Positions 48,808-59,529 of a DNA stretch of 64,000 nucleotides are shown piece after piece; the stretch's first letter is position 1, and each line of letters begins with the position of its first letter. The stretch is from Nitrospira japonica (GTDB lineage Bacteria; Nitrospirota; Thermodesulfovibrionia; Thermodesulfovibrionales; SM23-35), in NCBI GenBank assembly GCA_020725385.1, contig DYFC01000010.1:33785-97784 (forward strand), read 5' to 3'. A program made the translations under genes and the position numbers. The notes under the pieces were generated by a model. It was not told where the DNA came from. It saw only the letters and a list, made by a program, of their open reading frames with translations, and searched no databases.

Positions 48808-51372
48808 ATGCAGAGATGTTTTGAATTTTTAAATTGCAGTAAAACTGATTGTCCGGCCTATAAATCCGAAATTATTACTTGCTGGCTCGTTCCGGATACA
48901 TATTGTCAGAACAATATCCAGAAGAATTCAATCGACAAGCTTGAAATCTGCCCTGATTGTGAATTTTTTCAGTTCGCTGCTGATAAAACAGAAATAAATA
49001 AATTTCTAAAAATTATTAGCAGACAACTCAAGGATTTTAAAAGTGAAATCAAACAAAGGGACTCGGAACTTGAAGATTTAGGTCTTGAATTATCCATAAG
49101 CCTTTCAGAGGTATTTGAAGCTCTTAAAAAAATCGCATCGGGAGACCCTGATGTTAATATAAATGAAGATTCAAAGATAGAGTTAATAGGCAAACTTAAA
49201 CATCTTGTGAATCTGACAGCTTCCGAGGTTGCAAAAGGAGTGGACCAATGCCATGAATTCGCTATTTGTCTGGCAGAGTATTTTGATGTATTTCAAAAAG
49301 TAACCAGCGGAGACCTTACAGCCAGAGTTGACGGGGAATCAGAAACCGAACTGCTTGAATCTTTAAAAAGAAAGATAAATGAAACAATCGAAAGCATTTC
49401 AAGAGAGATTAATGTAAGGAAAAAAGCAGAGGAAGAATTAAGAATTTCAGAAGAAAAATATAGAACTATTTTTGAGAATACAGGAACTCCTATTGTAATC
49501 CTTGAAGAGGATTTAACCATAACCCTCTCAAATTCGGAATTTAAAAAATTTTCTGGAAGTGATAGTAAAAACTTTTCAGAAAAAGTATCCCTTCTGGATT
49601 TTGTAATGCAGGATGATATTGGTAAAATTAAGAATTTTATAAATCATACATTCTCCGGCTTCAATTTGCAGCAGAAAACAACTGAATTCCAGTTCATAAA
49701 TAAAAGCGGACAAATAAAAGATATAATCGCTGTTGCTTCAAATATACCCGGCACAAAGAAAACTGTAGTTTCATTTCTTGAAATGACTGCAAGAAAACAA
49801 ATGGAAATGGAAGCAATAATAGAGATGAGCGCAGCTTTGCGTTCTGCTCCTGGAAGGGCAGAGATGATGCCGGTCGTCATTGATAATCTAATTAATATCC
49901 TCAAAGGTGACGCAGCAGCACTTGCATTAACAATTCCTTTTAATAAAGAAATAGTCTTTGAATTATCAAGAGGGATATGGAGTGACTGGGCAGGCAAGAA
50001 ATTACATTTCGGAGAAGGAATTACAGGTTATGTGATAGAAACAGGGCAGACTTATCTTAGTAATAACTTATTCTCGGATTCAAAGCTTTCATTAAATGAA
50101 AAAACAGGAGAAATTCGCTCCGCTGTCTGTGTTCCATTAATAGCGCACGGACAGACAATTGGAGCAATCTGGATAGGTCGAAAATCAGGAATATATGAAA
50201 ATGAAATCAGGCTTATCACTGCAATCGGTGAAATAGCAGCGAATGCTATACACAGAGCCACCCTTTACGAACAGACAGAACAGAGACTGCAGAGGCTTTC
50301 AGCTTTACATGGCATAGATATGGCTATAACATCGAGTCTCGATCTCAGGGTTACCCTTAATGTGCTTTTAGACCATGTTACAGCCCAGTTAAAAACCGAT
50401 GCAGCAACTGTGTTACTTTTAAATCCTTATTCACAAACTCTTGAATATGCAGCAAGCAGGGGATTCAGGTCAAGAGCAATACAAAATACCAGATTAAGAG
50501 TCGGGGAGGGACATGCAGGCCGTGCTGCTTTTGAAAGGCGTGTTATAAGCATTCCTGATGTTACCAAAAGCAATGATCCGTGTCTTCGTTCAGGGATATT
50601 AAACAATGATATATTTATCTCACACCATGCTGCACCATTAATTGCAAAAGGGCAGGTCAAAGGTGTGCTCGAAGTATTTCACCGCTCACCGCTTGAACCT
50701 GATCCCGAATGGCTTGAATTCTTTGAATCGCTGGCTTCACAGGCAGCAATTGCAATTGACAATGCATCCCTCTTCAATGAACTTCAACGCTCCAATATTG
50801 AACTTTCATTAGCTTATGACACAACTCTTGAAGGCTGGTCACGTGCTCTTGATATGAGAGATAAAGAAACAGAAGGTCATACAATCAGGGTAGCTGAAAT
50901 GACTGTTAAACTTGCAAGAGCTATGGGCATAACCGAACCTGACATCGTCCATATAAGAAGGGGTGCCTTATTACATGATATCGGGAAAATGGCTATCTCG
51001 GATAAAATACTATTGAAAAAAGGACCATTAACACAGGAAGAAAACATCATAATGAAAAAACATCCTGAATATGCTTATGAGATGCTTTCATCAATATCAT
51101 TCCTCAGGCATGCCCTTACAATACCTTTATATCATCACGAAAGATGGAATGGAAGCGGTTATCCACAAGGACTTAAAGGTGAGCAGATTCCAATAGAAGC
51201 AAGAATATTTGCAATCGTTGACGTCTGGGATGCATTAAGGTCAGACCGTCCGTACCGGTCTGCATGGAGTAAGGAAGATGCTCTTGAATACATAAAGAAT
51301 AATTCGGGGAAATATTTTGATCCTAAAATTGTTGACATCTTTCTAAGGATAATCCGGAATTCCGGGCACTAA
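48808..51372 (+). CDS. HD-GYP phosphodiesterase with Cys-rich N-terminus, HAMP-like, PAS and two GAF domains
   Basis: LLHDIGK, HHERWNGSGYP, DVWDAL; two GAF patterns (PLIA.G...G). Confidence 0.9.
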   Translation: MQRCFEFLNCSKTDCPAYKSEIITCWLVPDTYCQNNIQKNSIDKLEICPDCEFFQFAADKTEINKFLKIISRQLKDFKSEIKQRDSELEDLGLELSISLSEVFEALKKIASGDPDVNINEDSKIELIGKLKHLVNLTASEVAKGVDQCHEFAICLAEYFDVFQKVTSGDLTARVDGESETELLESLKRKINETIESISREINVRKKAEEELRISEEKYRTIFENTGTPIVILEEDLTITLSNSEFKKFSGSDSKNFSEKVSLLDFVMQDDIGKIKNFINHTFSGFNLQQKTTEFQFINKSGQIKDIIAVASNIPGTKKTVVSFLEMTARKQMEMEAIIEMSAALRSAPGRAEMMPVVIDNLINILKGDAAALALTIPFNKEIVFELSRGIWSDWAGKKLHFGEGITGYVIETGQTYLSNNLFSDSKLSLNEKTGEIRSAVCVPLIAHGQTIGAIWIGRKSGIYENEIRLITAIGEIAANAIHRATLYEQTEQRLQRLSALHGIDMAITSSLDLRVTLNVLLDHVTAQLKTDAATVLLLNPYSQTLEYAASRGFRSRAIQNTRLRVGEGHAGRAAFERRVISIPDVTKSNDPCLRSGILNNDIFISHHAAPLIAKGQVKGVLEVFHRSPLEPDPEWLEFFESLASQAAIAIDNASLFNELQRSNIELSLAYDTTLEGWSRALDMRDKETEGHTIRVAEMTVKLARAMGITEPDIVHIRRGALLHDIGKMAISDKILLKKGPLTQEENIIMKKHPEYAYEMLSSISFLRHALTIPLYHHERWNGSGYPQGLKGEQIPIEARIFAIVDVWDALRSDRPYRSAWSKEDALEYIKNNSGKYFDPKIVDIFLRIIRNSGH

Positions 51373-51378
51373 AAGTTT

Positions 51379-51744
51379 TCATTCAAGAAAGCTGCTTACA
51401 AGTTTCATCAGTTCCTGAGTTTGTATAGGTTTGGTAAGATATGCATTTGCTCCGATAGCAAGAGCCCGTTTCTTGTCTTCTTCAGCGCCTTCGGTAGTTA
51501 TCATTATAACGGGTATATCTTTATAAGAAGGATTGTTTTTGACAAGACTTACAAGTTTCAGTCCATCCATTATGGGCATATTAATGTCTGCAAGTATTAT
51601 ATCTATCTTCTGGGTAGATAGCTTCTTCAAAGCATCCACACCATCAGTCGCCTCGATGACTTTTGAATCCGGTATCCTTTTTACTGCAAACCCTATAAGC
51701 TGTCTCATGGTCGGGGAATCTTCAACAACAAGAATATTTGGCAT
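51379..51744 (-). CDS. CheY-like single-domain response regulator
   Basis: VVEDS, DINMP, TTE, KP. Confidence 0.92.
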   Translation of the reverse strand: MPNILVVEDSPTMRQLIGFAVKRIPDSKVIEATDGVDALKKLSTQKIDIILADINMPIMDGLKLVSLVKNNPSYKDIPVIMITTEGAEEDKKRALAIGANAYLTKPIQTQELMKLVSSFLE

Positions 51745-51754
51745 CTGCCCCTCC

Positions 51755-52579
51755 TTATCTCTTTGGTTTTTCCTTTAAAAGATCAAGAAAACTTTGTATG
51801 GTTGTAAGTTTCCTTTCGGACTGGGTATAAAGCTTCGATGAAAAAATAGCTGTTGCTGCATGACCGGCAAGAAGATTAAAAAGTTCATAATCAATATTTG
51901 TAAAAGCTTTTTTCTGAACAAATAAAGAAAAAATTGCTATTACACCGATTACATGTTCTTTAATCTTAAGGGGAATACAAACAAAAGGCTTTGATATATC
52001 CATTTTCCCTGAAGCTAAATCTGTATTGCTTGCAAAATAACTTTCACCATCTTTAGCAACCCTGCCGATTATTCCTTCGCCGAGTTTTATTTTTGGCATT
52101 TCCTGAGCATTCAATCCTTCCACAGAAACCGGAAGCAGTTCATTCGTCTTTTCATCCATTAGATAAATAGCAAAACGTTCGGCCCCTATCAGATTAATAA
52201 TTATTTCCATAACAATCCTTAAAACTTCATTTATATCAAGAGTCGAATGAAGCTGATAGCTTGCTACATATAGATTTGCAAGATTATTATTTTCACTTTC
52301 AACTTCAACATATTTGGCAGCAAAATCTTTATTTTCTTCCTCAACTTTTTTATACCTTTCTGTTAAAGAATTTATTTCCTGATTAAGCATCCTTATTTGT
52401 TCTTCGTATAGCCTGATTTTCTCTTCGTTACCGGTACTTTCTATAGCCTCTTCAAGCTGGGCAATTCTGAATCTTAGCCTTTCATTTTCCTTTATGAGGT
52501 CTTTTGTAAATTCCTCACCCTTTTTAAATATCTGGAGGAATTCTTCAGCCTTTTTTGAAAGAATGGCTTCTTTTTCCAT
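51755..52579 (-). CDS. Coiled-coil + GAF domain protein
   Basis: N-terminal coiled coil, GEGIIGRVA...CIPLK GAF pattern. Confidence 0.8.
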   Translation of the reverse strand: MEKEAILSKKAEEFLQIFKKGEEFTKDLIKENERLRFRIAQLEEAIESTGNEEKIRLYEEQIRMLNQEINSLTERYKKVEEENKDFAAKYVEVESENNNLANLYVASYQLHSTLDINEVLRIVMEIIINLIGAERFAIYLMDEKTNELLPVSVEGLNAQEMPKIKLGEGIIGRVAKDGESYFASNTDLASGKMDISKPFVCIPLKIKEHVIGVIAIFSLFVQKKAFTNIDYELFNLLAGHAATAIFSSKLYTQSERKLTTIQSFLDLLKEKPKR

Positions 52580-52605
52580 ATTACCTCCGTTTAATTATCT
52601 TTATA

Positions 52606-53667
52606 CTATGTGTTTATTTTTTTTATTAATGAAATAATTTCACCCGGTATTTCATTTACAGGGAGTACTTTCATGGCTGCACCTGCTTTGGCTACCTCAG
52701 CAGGCATACCATTTACAATAGCGGTATCTTCAGATTCTACTATAGTATAACCTCCTGCTTTTTTAATGTCCAGCATGCCAGCAGTTCCATCATTGCCCAT
52801 ACCGGTAAGGACAACACCCAATGTTTTTGATTTATAGATATTTACCAGAGATGACATCATCATATCAATAGAAGGCACATATTTATCGGTATGTTTTGGT
52901 TCTTTTATCATTATAAATACTTTCTTCCCGCGTTTATAAAAAGTCATATTAGCACCTCCAGGACATATAAAAGCTTTCCCGGGTTCAAGTTCATCTCCTT
53001 CTGAAGCTTCTTTAATCTTAATCTTACAGATACTGTTTAACCTCTCAGCAAAAGAACCGGTAAAACCTTTCGGCATATGCTGACTTATAACGATAGATGC
53101 TGGGAAATCAGAAGGCAATTTGGTAAGTATGATGCTTAAAGCAGAAGGACCTCCTGTTGATGAACCTATGGCAACTGTTTCGATATTATATTCTCCGGGA
53201 ATATACGTGCTTTCAGAACTACCCTCTTTCTCAAGAATCTCAAGATTTTTACTCAACCTATCAAGTCGCAACGCTTTCATTCCTTTTACTTTTAAAAGAA
53301 GGTCCTTAACCATGTTCTGATAGTCGGGTGAAGAAATTTTTGGTGGCTTTGCAATAAAGTCTGCGGCTCCCATTTCGAGTGCTTTGAAAACAGTCTTTGA
53401 ATCCGAAAATGAACTCACAATAATAACCGGCGTTGGCTTATTCTTCATAAGCCATCTTAGAAATGTAAACCCGTCCATTTCCGGCATTTCAAGGTCGAGA
53501 GTTATCAAATCGGGCTTAAGTCTTATAGTCTTGGACATTGCATCGATTCCATCGGATGCTACACCTGCAACTTCAATATGACTATCGGTTTCGAGCATTT
53601 TCTTAATTGTCTGCCTGCTATATGCAGAATCATCAACGACCAGAACTTTGATTTTAGGCATTTGCAT
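52606..53667 (-). CDS. cheB: Chemotaxis methylesterase CheB
   Basis: Receiver domain plus GSSTGGP, QHMP, LTGMGNDG. Confidence 0.96.
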   Translation of the reverse strand: MQMPKIKVLVVDDSAYSRQTIKKMLETDSHIEVAGVASDGIDAMSKTIRLKPDLITLDLEMPEMDGFTFLRWLMKNKPTPVIIVSSFSDSKTVFKALEMGAADFIAKPPKISSPDYQNMVKDLLLKVKGMKALRLDRLSKNLEILEKEGSSESTYIPGEYNIETVAIGSSTGGPSALSIILTKLPSDFPASIVISQHMPKGFTGSFAERLNSICKIKIKEASEGDELEPGKAFICPGGANMTFYKRGKKVFIMIKEPKHTDKYVPSIDMMMSSLVNIYKSKTLGVVLTGMGNDGTAGMLDIKKAGGYTIVESEDTAIVNGMPAEVAKAGAAMKVLPVNEIPGEIISLIKKINT

Positions 53668-54523
53668 GAACTCCTTTTCTTTCAGGTTTTTGATAAACCA
53701 TGTCGTACTTGAAATGCTTTAAATTGAAGGCAGTAGATATATTGATTAAAGATTCTGCATGACCGAGTAAGAGATACCCTCCATCTACAAGTCTGTTGTA
53801 AAAACTTTCTACCACTTTCTTACGGGCGGGATAGTCAAAATATATTAATACATTTCTACAGAATATGACATCAACAACCCCGATTAACTTTATTTTATCC
53901 GGGTCAAGCAGGTTAAGGTGATTGAAGTTTACAAATTGTTTTACAGTATCAGAAATCTTATATATTCCATCTTCTTCTTTGAAATACCTTCTTAGGTGGT
54001 AAGTGCTTGTGGTCCTGAAAGAATTTTTCCTGTATATGCCGCTTCTTGCGGTTTGAAGAACTCTCTGATTAATGTCACTTCCGATTATCTCAATATTCCA
54101 GTCATTGAACAGACCTTTTTCGAGTATTAACATCGAGATAGTATAAGGTTCCTCTCCTGTTGAACAACCAGCAGACCAGATACGGATTCTTTTTCTTTCT
54201 TTGTTTGCTTCATACAACTCTGGAAGAATTTCATCCGTAAAAGTGCGGAGCTGGTTCTGCTCCCTGAAAAAATATGTTTCATTCACAGTAAGTATATCAA
54301 CGATCGAAGATAGTTCTTCTTCACGATTTTTATCATACAAAAGATACCTGAAATAGTCACGGAACTTTGTAAAATGATGCTGTCTAACCCTCCTCGAAAG
54401 CCTTTTTTCAAGTAAGTACCTCGAGTCATCGCTAAAATATATACCGCAATAATCTTTTATGAGATCACGAAGCAGTCTAAAAACATCCTCTTCAAGATTT
54501 ATTATTTCTTCTTTTTCAAACAT
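53654..54523 (-). CDS. cheR: Chemotaxis methyltransferase CheR
   Basis: NETYFFRE, WSAGCSTGEEPY, FCRNVLIYF. Confidence 0.96.
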   Translation of the reverse strand: MFEKEEIINLEEDVFRLLRDLIKDYCGIYFSDDSRYLLEKRLSRRVRQHHFTKFRDYFRYLLYDKNREEELSSIVDILTVNETYFFREQNQLRTFTDEILPELYEANKERKRIRIWSAGCSTGEEPYTISMLILEKGLFNDWNIEIIGSDINQRVLQTARSGIYRKNSFRTTSTYHLRRYFKEEDGIYKISDTVKQFVNFNHLNLLDPDKIKLIGVVDVIFCRNVLIYFDYPARKKVVESFYNRLVDGGYLLLGHAESLINISTAFNLKHFKYDMVYQKPERKGVHANA

Positions 54524-54546
54524 TAACGAATATCCGTTAGATAAAT

Positions 54547-56535
54547 TTAAGAATAAAAAACAGTTTTTTTCGTAAGGCTTTCTTCTATAGCTTTTTTTAC
54601 TATCGGATCTTCTTCGGAATCAAATAATTTCTCGAGTTCTTTCCTTATAATACCAACGGGGTTTAACCCGAGCACCGAGACCGCAGCCATTCTTGTTGCC
54701 CAATCATCATCATGAAGAAACGGAATAATATCAGATTCAATCCCATCAAAGCCTGAAAGAGCCCTTATAGCGGTTCTTCTTATCTCCTTGTCATGATGTT
54801 TCAACATCGCGAGCAAAGCATCTTTTGACTCCCTGTCTTTGAATTTTCCGAGTGATTCAATTGTAGTTGTTACAACAAATCCGTTTTTATCATATAACAT
54901 ATCTTTTAATAACCTTATTGCCCGCCTGTCATTAAGAATTCCAAAGGCTTTTGCAATTGCAACCCTTACAGAGTCATCGGTGTCTTTAGCAAGAAACGAT
55001 AATGCCTCAAAAACATTTTCACCGCCAATTTCTGCAAGGCTGAGCGAGGCAGAAACTCTTATATAAGGTTTTTCATCAGAAAGAGCAACAATCAGATATT
55101 TTATAGAATCTTCAGTGCGAAGCATTGAAAAAGCCTGCACACAGGCGCCTCTCACATTAACATCCCCGTCTTTAAGAGCAAACCCCAATGCATTGACTGC
55201 TTCTGTTGCTCCAATTCTGCCAAGAATTAAAGCAGCATTTTTTCTTAACAGAGAAGACGGGCTTTTTAACATTTCAATGAACTCATTAACAGATAGGACT
55301 CTCCCGAAAGCTGACAAAGCCTTTACAGCCGCTTCCTGAACATCTTCATAAGGGTCTGAAAGCAGCTTCTTTAAATAAATTATTGCATCGGGATTTCCAA
55401 TATTAGCCAGAGCAATAGCTGCAAGTGAGCGAATATGACCATCCTCATTATTAAGAAGTTCTTTAAAAATATTGAAATATACAGGTGAAGCTATTCTGCC
55501 TGCAACTTCACAAATAAATCTCTTCTGGAAAATATTTTCGGTATTGAAAAGACTTAAAAGTGATTCCGGTTTGTCTTTCCCAATAAATACAAACGCTCTT
55601 TTTACATCCTCCGAAAATTCTTCTTCCTGTGATATTTCAAGTAACGGTGCAAATGCCCTTTCATCTTTTAAAAGTCCCAGGATGAGTATTGACGATATTT
55701 TAATTTCAGGTTTTGATGATTTTGTATAAGGAATGAGTATATCGAAAATTTTTTCATCGATTGTCTGTTTTATTTCATTTACTATATATTCTTCGCTTAC
55801 ACCTTTTCTGTAAAATCTCTCGAGGCTTCTTATAGCTTCTTCCTGGACAGATTTTATATTATCTTGAAGGCACCCGATAACAGAAGGCAATCCCTCCGGG
55901 TCACCGATACGACCAAGAGATTTTATAGAAATAGCCCTTAAAGGTTTTTTTTTCATCGCACTCTTCAATGCAGGGATTGCTCTTTTGTCGCCTATTCTTC
56001 CAAGAGCATCAACAGCAGGATAGGCTGTCCAGAGATCGTCGCTCTCTATAATTTCAATTAAAGCATCAACTACCGAAGATTGTCCGGCTTTTCCGATATG
56101 TTCGATTGCTGTAACGCGGACATTTTCATCATCGTCTTTAAGGGCATTCAACATCAGGGGCAAAGAACGTTCGTCTTTAAACTCGCCAAGAACATCTATG
56201 ATGAATTTACGCACATCCTTATTTGGTGTATTAAAAGCTTCGAGTAAATACGGAGTCACCTTTTTACCCAGTCTTACCAGAGCCTCAATCGCAGAATTGC
56301 GGGCACCTGCATTATCTTCTATATAAAGCAGATCGATCAAATTGTTTATATACGTTTCAACAGGATGCTCCTCGATAAGAATATCGGTGGCATAATGTCT
56401 TACCCTCCAGCTCGAATCTTGCATGGCATTTAAAAGCAACGGCACAGCAGCCTCACCCCTGCCTTTAAGAGATTCAACCGCTATTCTTCTTATTTCGGTA
56501 TCTTCGTCTTTAAGCTGTCTTTCCAGTTCCTGCAT
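54547..56535 (-). CDS. HEAT/PBS-lyase repeat protein
   Basis: Tandem L.D....VR..A..ALG.IG repeats. Confidence 0.9.
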   Translation of the reverse strand: MQELERQLKDEDTEIRRIAVESLKGRGEAAVPLLLNAMQDSSWRVRHYATDILIEEHPVETYINNLIDLLYIEDNAGARNSAIEALVRLGKKVTPYLLEAFNTPNKDVRKFIIDVLGEFKDERSLPLMLNALKDDDENVRVTAIEHIGKAGQSSVVDALIEIIESDDLWTAYPAVDALGRIGDKRAIPALKSAMKKKPLRAISIKSLGRIGDPEGLPSVIGCLQDNIKSVQEEAIRSLERFYRKGVSEEYIVNEIKQTIDEKIFDILIPYTKSSKPEIKISSILILGLLKDERAFAPLLEISQEEEFSEDVKRAFVFIGKDKPESLLSLFNTENIFQKRFICEVAGRIASPVYFNIFKELLNNEDGHIRSLAAIALANIGNPDAIIYLKKLLSDPYEDVQEAAVKALSAFGRVLSVNEFIEMLKSPSSLLRKNAALILGRIGATEAVNALGFALKDGDVNVRGACVQAFSMLRTEDSIKYLIVALSDEKPYIRVSASLSLAEIGGENVFEALSFLAKDTDDSVRVAIAKAFGILNDRRAIRLLKDMLYDKNGFVVTTTIESLGKFKDRESKDALLAMLKHHDKEIRRTAIRALSGFDGIESDIIPFLHDDDWATRMAAVSVLGLNPVGIIRKELEKLFDSEEDPIVKKAIEESLTKKTVFYS

Positions 56536-57028
56536 TCTCTTCAATAACCTCTTCAGTTTCTTTGAGTGCTATTTTTTCTTCCGAAGTTAATAATTCATCA
56601 ATATTAAGGATGATTATAATACGGTCATCTTTCTTTCCAATGCCTGCGAGATATTTTTTCCGTAGTCCTTTGAATATAGAAGGTGGAGGAGTTATATCAT
56701 CGATTTTTAAAGTTGTAATCTCTCTTACACTATCAACAAGAATTCCAATTTTTTCGTTTTCCATTCTAATCACTATAATTAATTCTTTTTTTGAGGATGA
56801 CCTGATTCCGAAACGCTTTCTAAGGTCGAGCAATGGTATGACTTCTCCTCTCACTGTTATTACTCCTGTAAGAAAATCCGGCAATTCAGGGATGGAATAA
56901 ACTTTATGCGTACTTAATATTTCCACAACCCTGCTTATCTCTATCCCGAAATCCTCTGCGCCGATTTTAAATACAGCGAATTTTTTAAACCCGGATTGTT
57001 TATCTCCGGGAATATTTTTTTGATTCAT
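56510..57028 (-). CDS. cheW: CheW
   Basis: GVITVRGEVIPLLDLR, GILVDSV. Confidence 0.93.
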   Translation of the reverse strand: MNQKNIPGDKQSGFKKFAVFKIGAEDFGIEISRVVEILSTHKVYSIPELPDFLTGVITVRGEVIPLLDLRKRFGIRSSSKKELIIVIRMENEKIGILVDSVREITTLKIDDITPPPSIFKGLRKKYLAGIGKKDDRIIIILNIDELLTSEEKIALKETEEVIEENAGTGKTA

Positions 57029-57073
57029 GCTTTTTTGTTTTCTCCTTTGGAGGACAAAATACCATTCATCTTT

Positions 57074-58819
57074 TTATGAAGACCCGCTGTTTTGAGTTTG
57101 TATATTTGAGAACTCAAAAACAGATTTTTCATCAAGTTTGATCTTATCAATCTGTTTGTTAATAATAGCCGAACTTTTCAAAAGATCGCCGAGTTCCTGA
57201 CCTATCCCGGATATTACATCTATATTATTCCTTGGAATATCTTTGATTTTTTCGATTGAAATGAAGATCTGATTTGAACCTGCCCTTTGTTCATTAATTG
57301 CTTTTGCTATCTGCTGACTTTTTTCCGATATTTGCTCCATTGATTCCGAAATAAATTTAGCACTCACCTGCTGTTCCTCGGTAGCAAGTTTTACCCGTGT
57401 AGCTACATCCCTTACTTTTTCGGTTGCTTTTGTAATTAAGTTTGCGCCCTTACTTTGCTCCGAAGTTGCTTTGGCAACCTGTGCTATCATGTTTTTAACC
57501 TTTTCCATTGCTTCGGTAACAAGGCGAGCTGCTTTTGCCTGTTCTGTTGTAGAACGTTCTATAGAAAATGACATTTCTGCTGACTGTCTTGAGCTTTCAA
57601 CTATTTTATTTAAAGCATTTCCTGCTTCACGTGCGACTTTAAAGCCTTCTTCAACAGATTTAAGTCCGTCATTCATCGCATTTATGGCATCCTTAACTTC
57701 TCTTTGGACAGCCTGTATTAGAGATGCTATTTCCTGCGTTGAGAAAGATGTTCTCTCGGCAAGGTCTTTTATCTCATCCGCCACAACTGAAAAACCTTTT
57801 CCATGTTCTCCTGCCTGAGCAGCAAGAATTGCGGCATTTAAAGCAAGAAGCGTTGTCTGGTCGGTTATATCATCAATTACATTCAGAATTTTTCCAATCT
57901 CGTCAGATCTTCCCCCGAGTTTCATAATCATTCCGGCTGTTTTTTCAACAGTAGATTTAATATTGTTCATCCCTTCTATAGTTTTTTCCACAGCAGCGAG
58001 TCCCAATGTTGAAGCATCATTTTTTACTTTTTCGGAAAGCATCGCTGATTCTTTCGCGCTCATTTCGACTTCTTTTACAGAAGAAGAAATCTCTTCTATC
58101 GCTGCCAGTGTCTCTTCGGATGCAGCAGTTAATTCCTCCGATTTCTGGGCAACCTCTTTAATAGTAGCCGAAAGCTCTTCAATCGATATCGAAGTAGAAT
58201 CTACAGCAGAAGATAATTCCTGTGCATTGTTGGCAACATGAACTATGCTCGAGACCATTTCTTCCATAGAAGTAACAGTATTTTCAGCAGATACAGCAAG
58301 CCCGCCTGTATTTACAGATATTTCAGCGGTAGCAGAATTCATTTGTTCAATAGAGCTTGCTATATTGGCGATAGCTTCGGATTCAAGCTTTGTTGACTCG
58401 GCAATTCTTTTAAATTCTTCTTCCATTTTTTCGCTTAACTCTGTTGTGCGTTTTGATGCATCCCTAACGCCGCTTAAAATTTCTTTAAGTGATGATGAAG
58501 CACTGTTTAATAAGCCTGCAAGCCTACCAATTTCATCATCAGTTACTATTCCGGGAACATATGAAAAATTCCCTTCTGATATCGCCCGGATTGATTTTTC
58601 GACATTTTGCAAAGGTAAAATCACAAGATTTCTAAGAACAATCCAGAAACAAAAAGTTATAGCTGCTACAAAAAGTATAGATAAAGAAATCCAGATTAGA
58701 AAATTGAGACTTTTATAAAGCGGTATGATAAAAGACCAGATTGCAATACCTGCTATAATCAATACTATGGTATAAGTTATATATCTTGATTCAAGGCTCC
58801 GTACTCTTTCATTTTCCAT
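57074..58819 (-). CDS. Methyl-accepting chemotaxis protein lacking a periplasmic sensor domain
   Basis: Two adjacent TMs, HAMP (DEIG), QTTLLALNAAI.AAQAGEHGKGFSVVADEI. Confidence 0.93.
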   Translation of the reverse strand: MENERVRSLESRYITYTIVLIIAGIAIWSFIIPLYKSLNFLIWISLSILFVAAITFCFWIVLRNLVILPLQNVEKSIRAISEGNFSYVPGIVTDDEIGRLAGLLNSASSSLKEILSGVRDASKRTTELSEKMEEEFKRIAESTKLESEAIANIASSIEQMNSATAEISVNTGGLAVSAENTVTSMEEMVSSIVHVANNAQELSSAVDSTSISIEELSATIKEVAQKSEELTAASEETLAAIEEISSSVKEVEMSAKESAMLSEKVKNDASTLGLAAVEKTIEGMNNIKSTVEKTAGMIMKLGGRSDEIGKILNVIDDITDQTTLLALNAAILAAQAGEHGKGFSVVADEIKDLAERTSFSTQEIASLIQAVQREVKDAINAMNDGLKSVEEGFKVAREAGNALNKIVESSRQSAEMSFSIERSTTEQAKAARLVTEAMEKVKNMIAQVAKATSEQSKGANLITKATEKVRDVATRVKLATEEQQVSAKFISESMEQISEKSQQIAKAINEQRAGSNQIFISIEKIKDIPRNNIDVISGIGQELGDLLKSSAIINKQIDKIKLDEKSVFEFSNIQTQNSGSS

Positions 58820-58851
58820 AACGCCTCCTTGTTTTTTACTTGCTCCTCATT

Positions 58852-59529
58852 TTAATTTAGTTGAATAGAAACAGATTCAATCATATTCAAAATCGAAATA
58901 AATCTCTTATCTATTACTGCCACTCCTTCTATAAATTTTATTTGCTCTTCATCAAGATGTGAAGGAGGAGGCAATATTTCTGATTTTGTTATTCTTACAA
59001 CTCCGGAGACCTTATCAACGACCGCACCTATTAATCCCTTTGGACCATTTATGATTAAAATTTTTATCCTCTCTTTTGCACTGACAGGCAATTTTTTTGA
59101 GAGTATTTTCGTGCGAAGGTCAATAACCGGTATCACTTTACCTCTAAGAGATGTAATTCCAACCACATAATCGGGAACTTTTGGCACAGTTGTTATTCTT
59201 TGATATTTAAGGATTTCCTTAAGTTGTGTAATTCTGAATGCAAAATCTTCATTCATGAGTTTGAATGTGAGTATCTCAACAATCTCCCCGGAAGAATCCC
59301 CGTTATCTCTTTGCTTTGCAACAGAAATTTGCTCCCCGGTTTTTAATTCTTCCTTCAAATCAGTCAATGAAACTTGTTTAACATCTTCACGAATTTCTCT
59401 ATCCGGTAGCCCGGTTTGTTCTATTTCAGTTTTTTCAATTCCTAAAGGAGTTTCTTCCTTCTGTTCTTCTGCCTTATTTTCCAGGGTATCGGAATCTTTA
59501 ATCTTTTTTCTAATTTTCGCGATATCCAT
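58852..59529 (-). CDS. cheW: CheW with acidic N-terminal extension
   Basis: GITSLRGKVIPVIDLR, GAVVDKV. Confidence 0.9.
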   Translation of the reverse strand: MDIAKIRKKIKDSDTLENKAEEQKEETPLGIEKTEIEQTGLPDREIREDVKQVSLTDLKEELKTGEQISVAKQRDNGDSSGEIVEILTFKLMNEDFAFRITQLKEILKYQRITTVPKVPDYVVGITSLRGKVIPVIDLRTKILSKKLPVSAKERIKILIINGPKGLIGAVVDKVSGVVRITKSEILPPPSHLDEEQIKFIEGVAVIDKRFISILNMIESVSIQLN

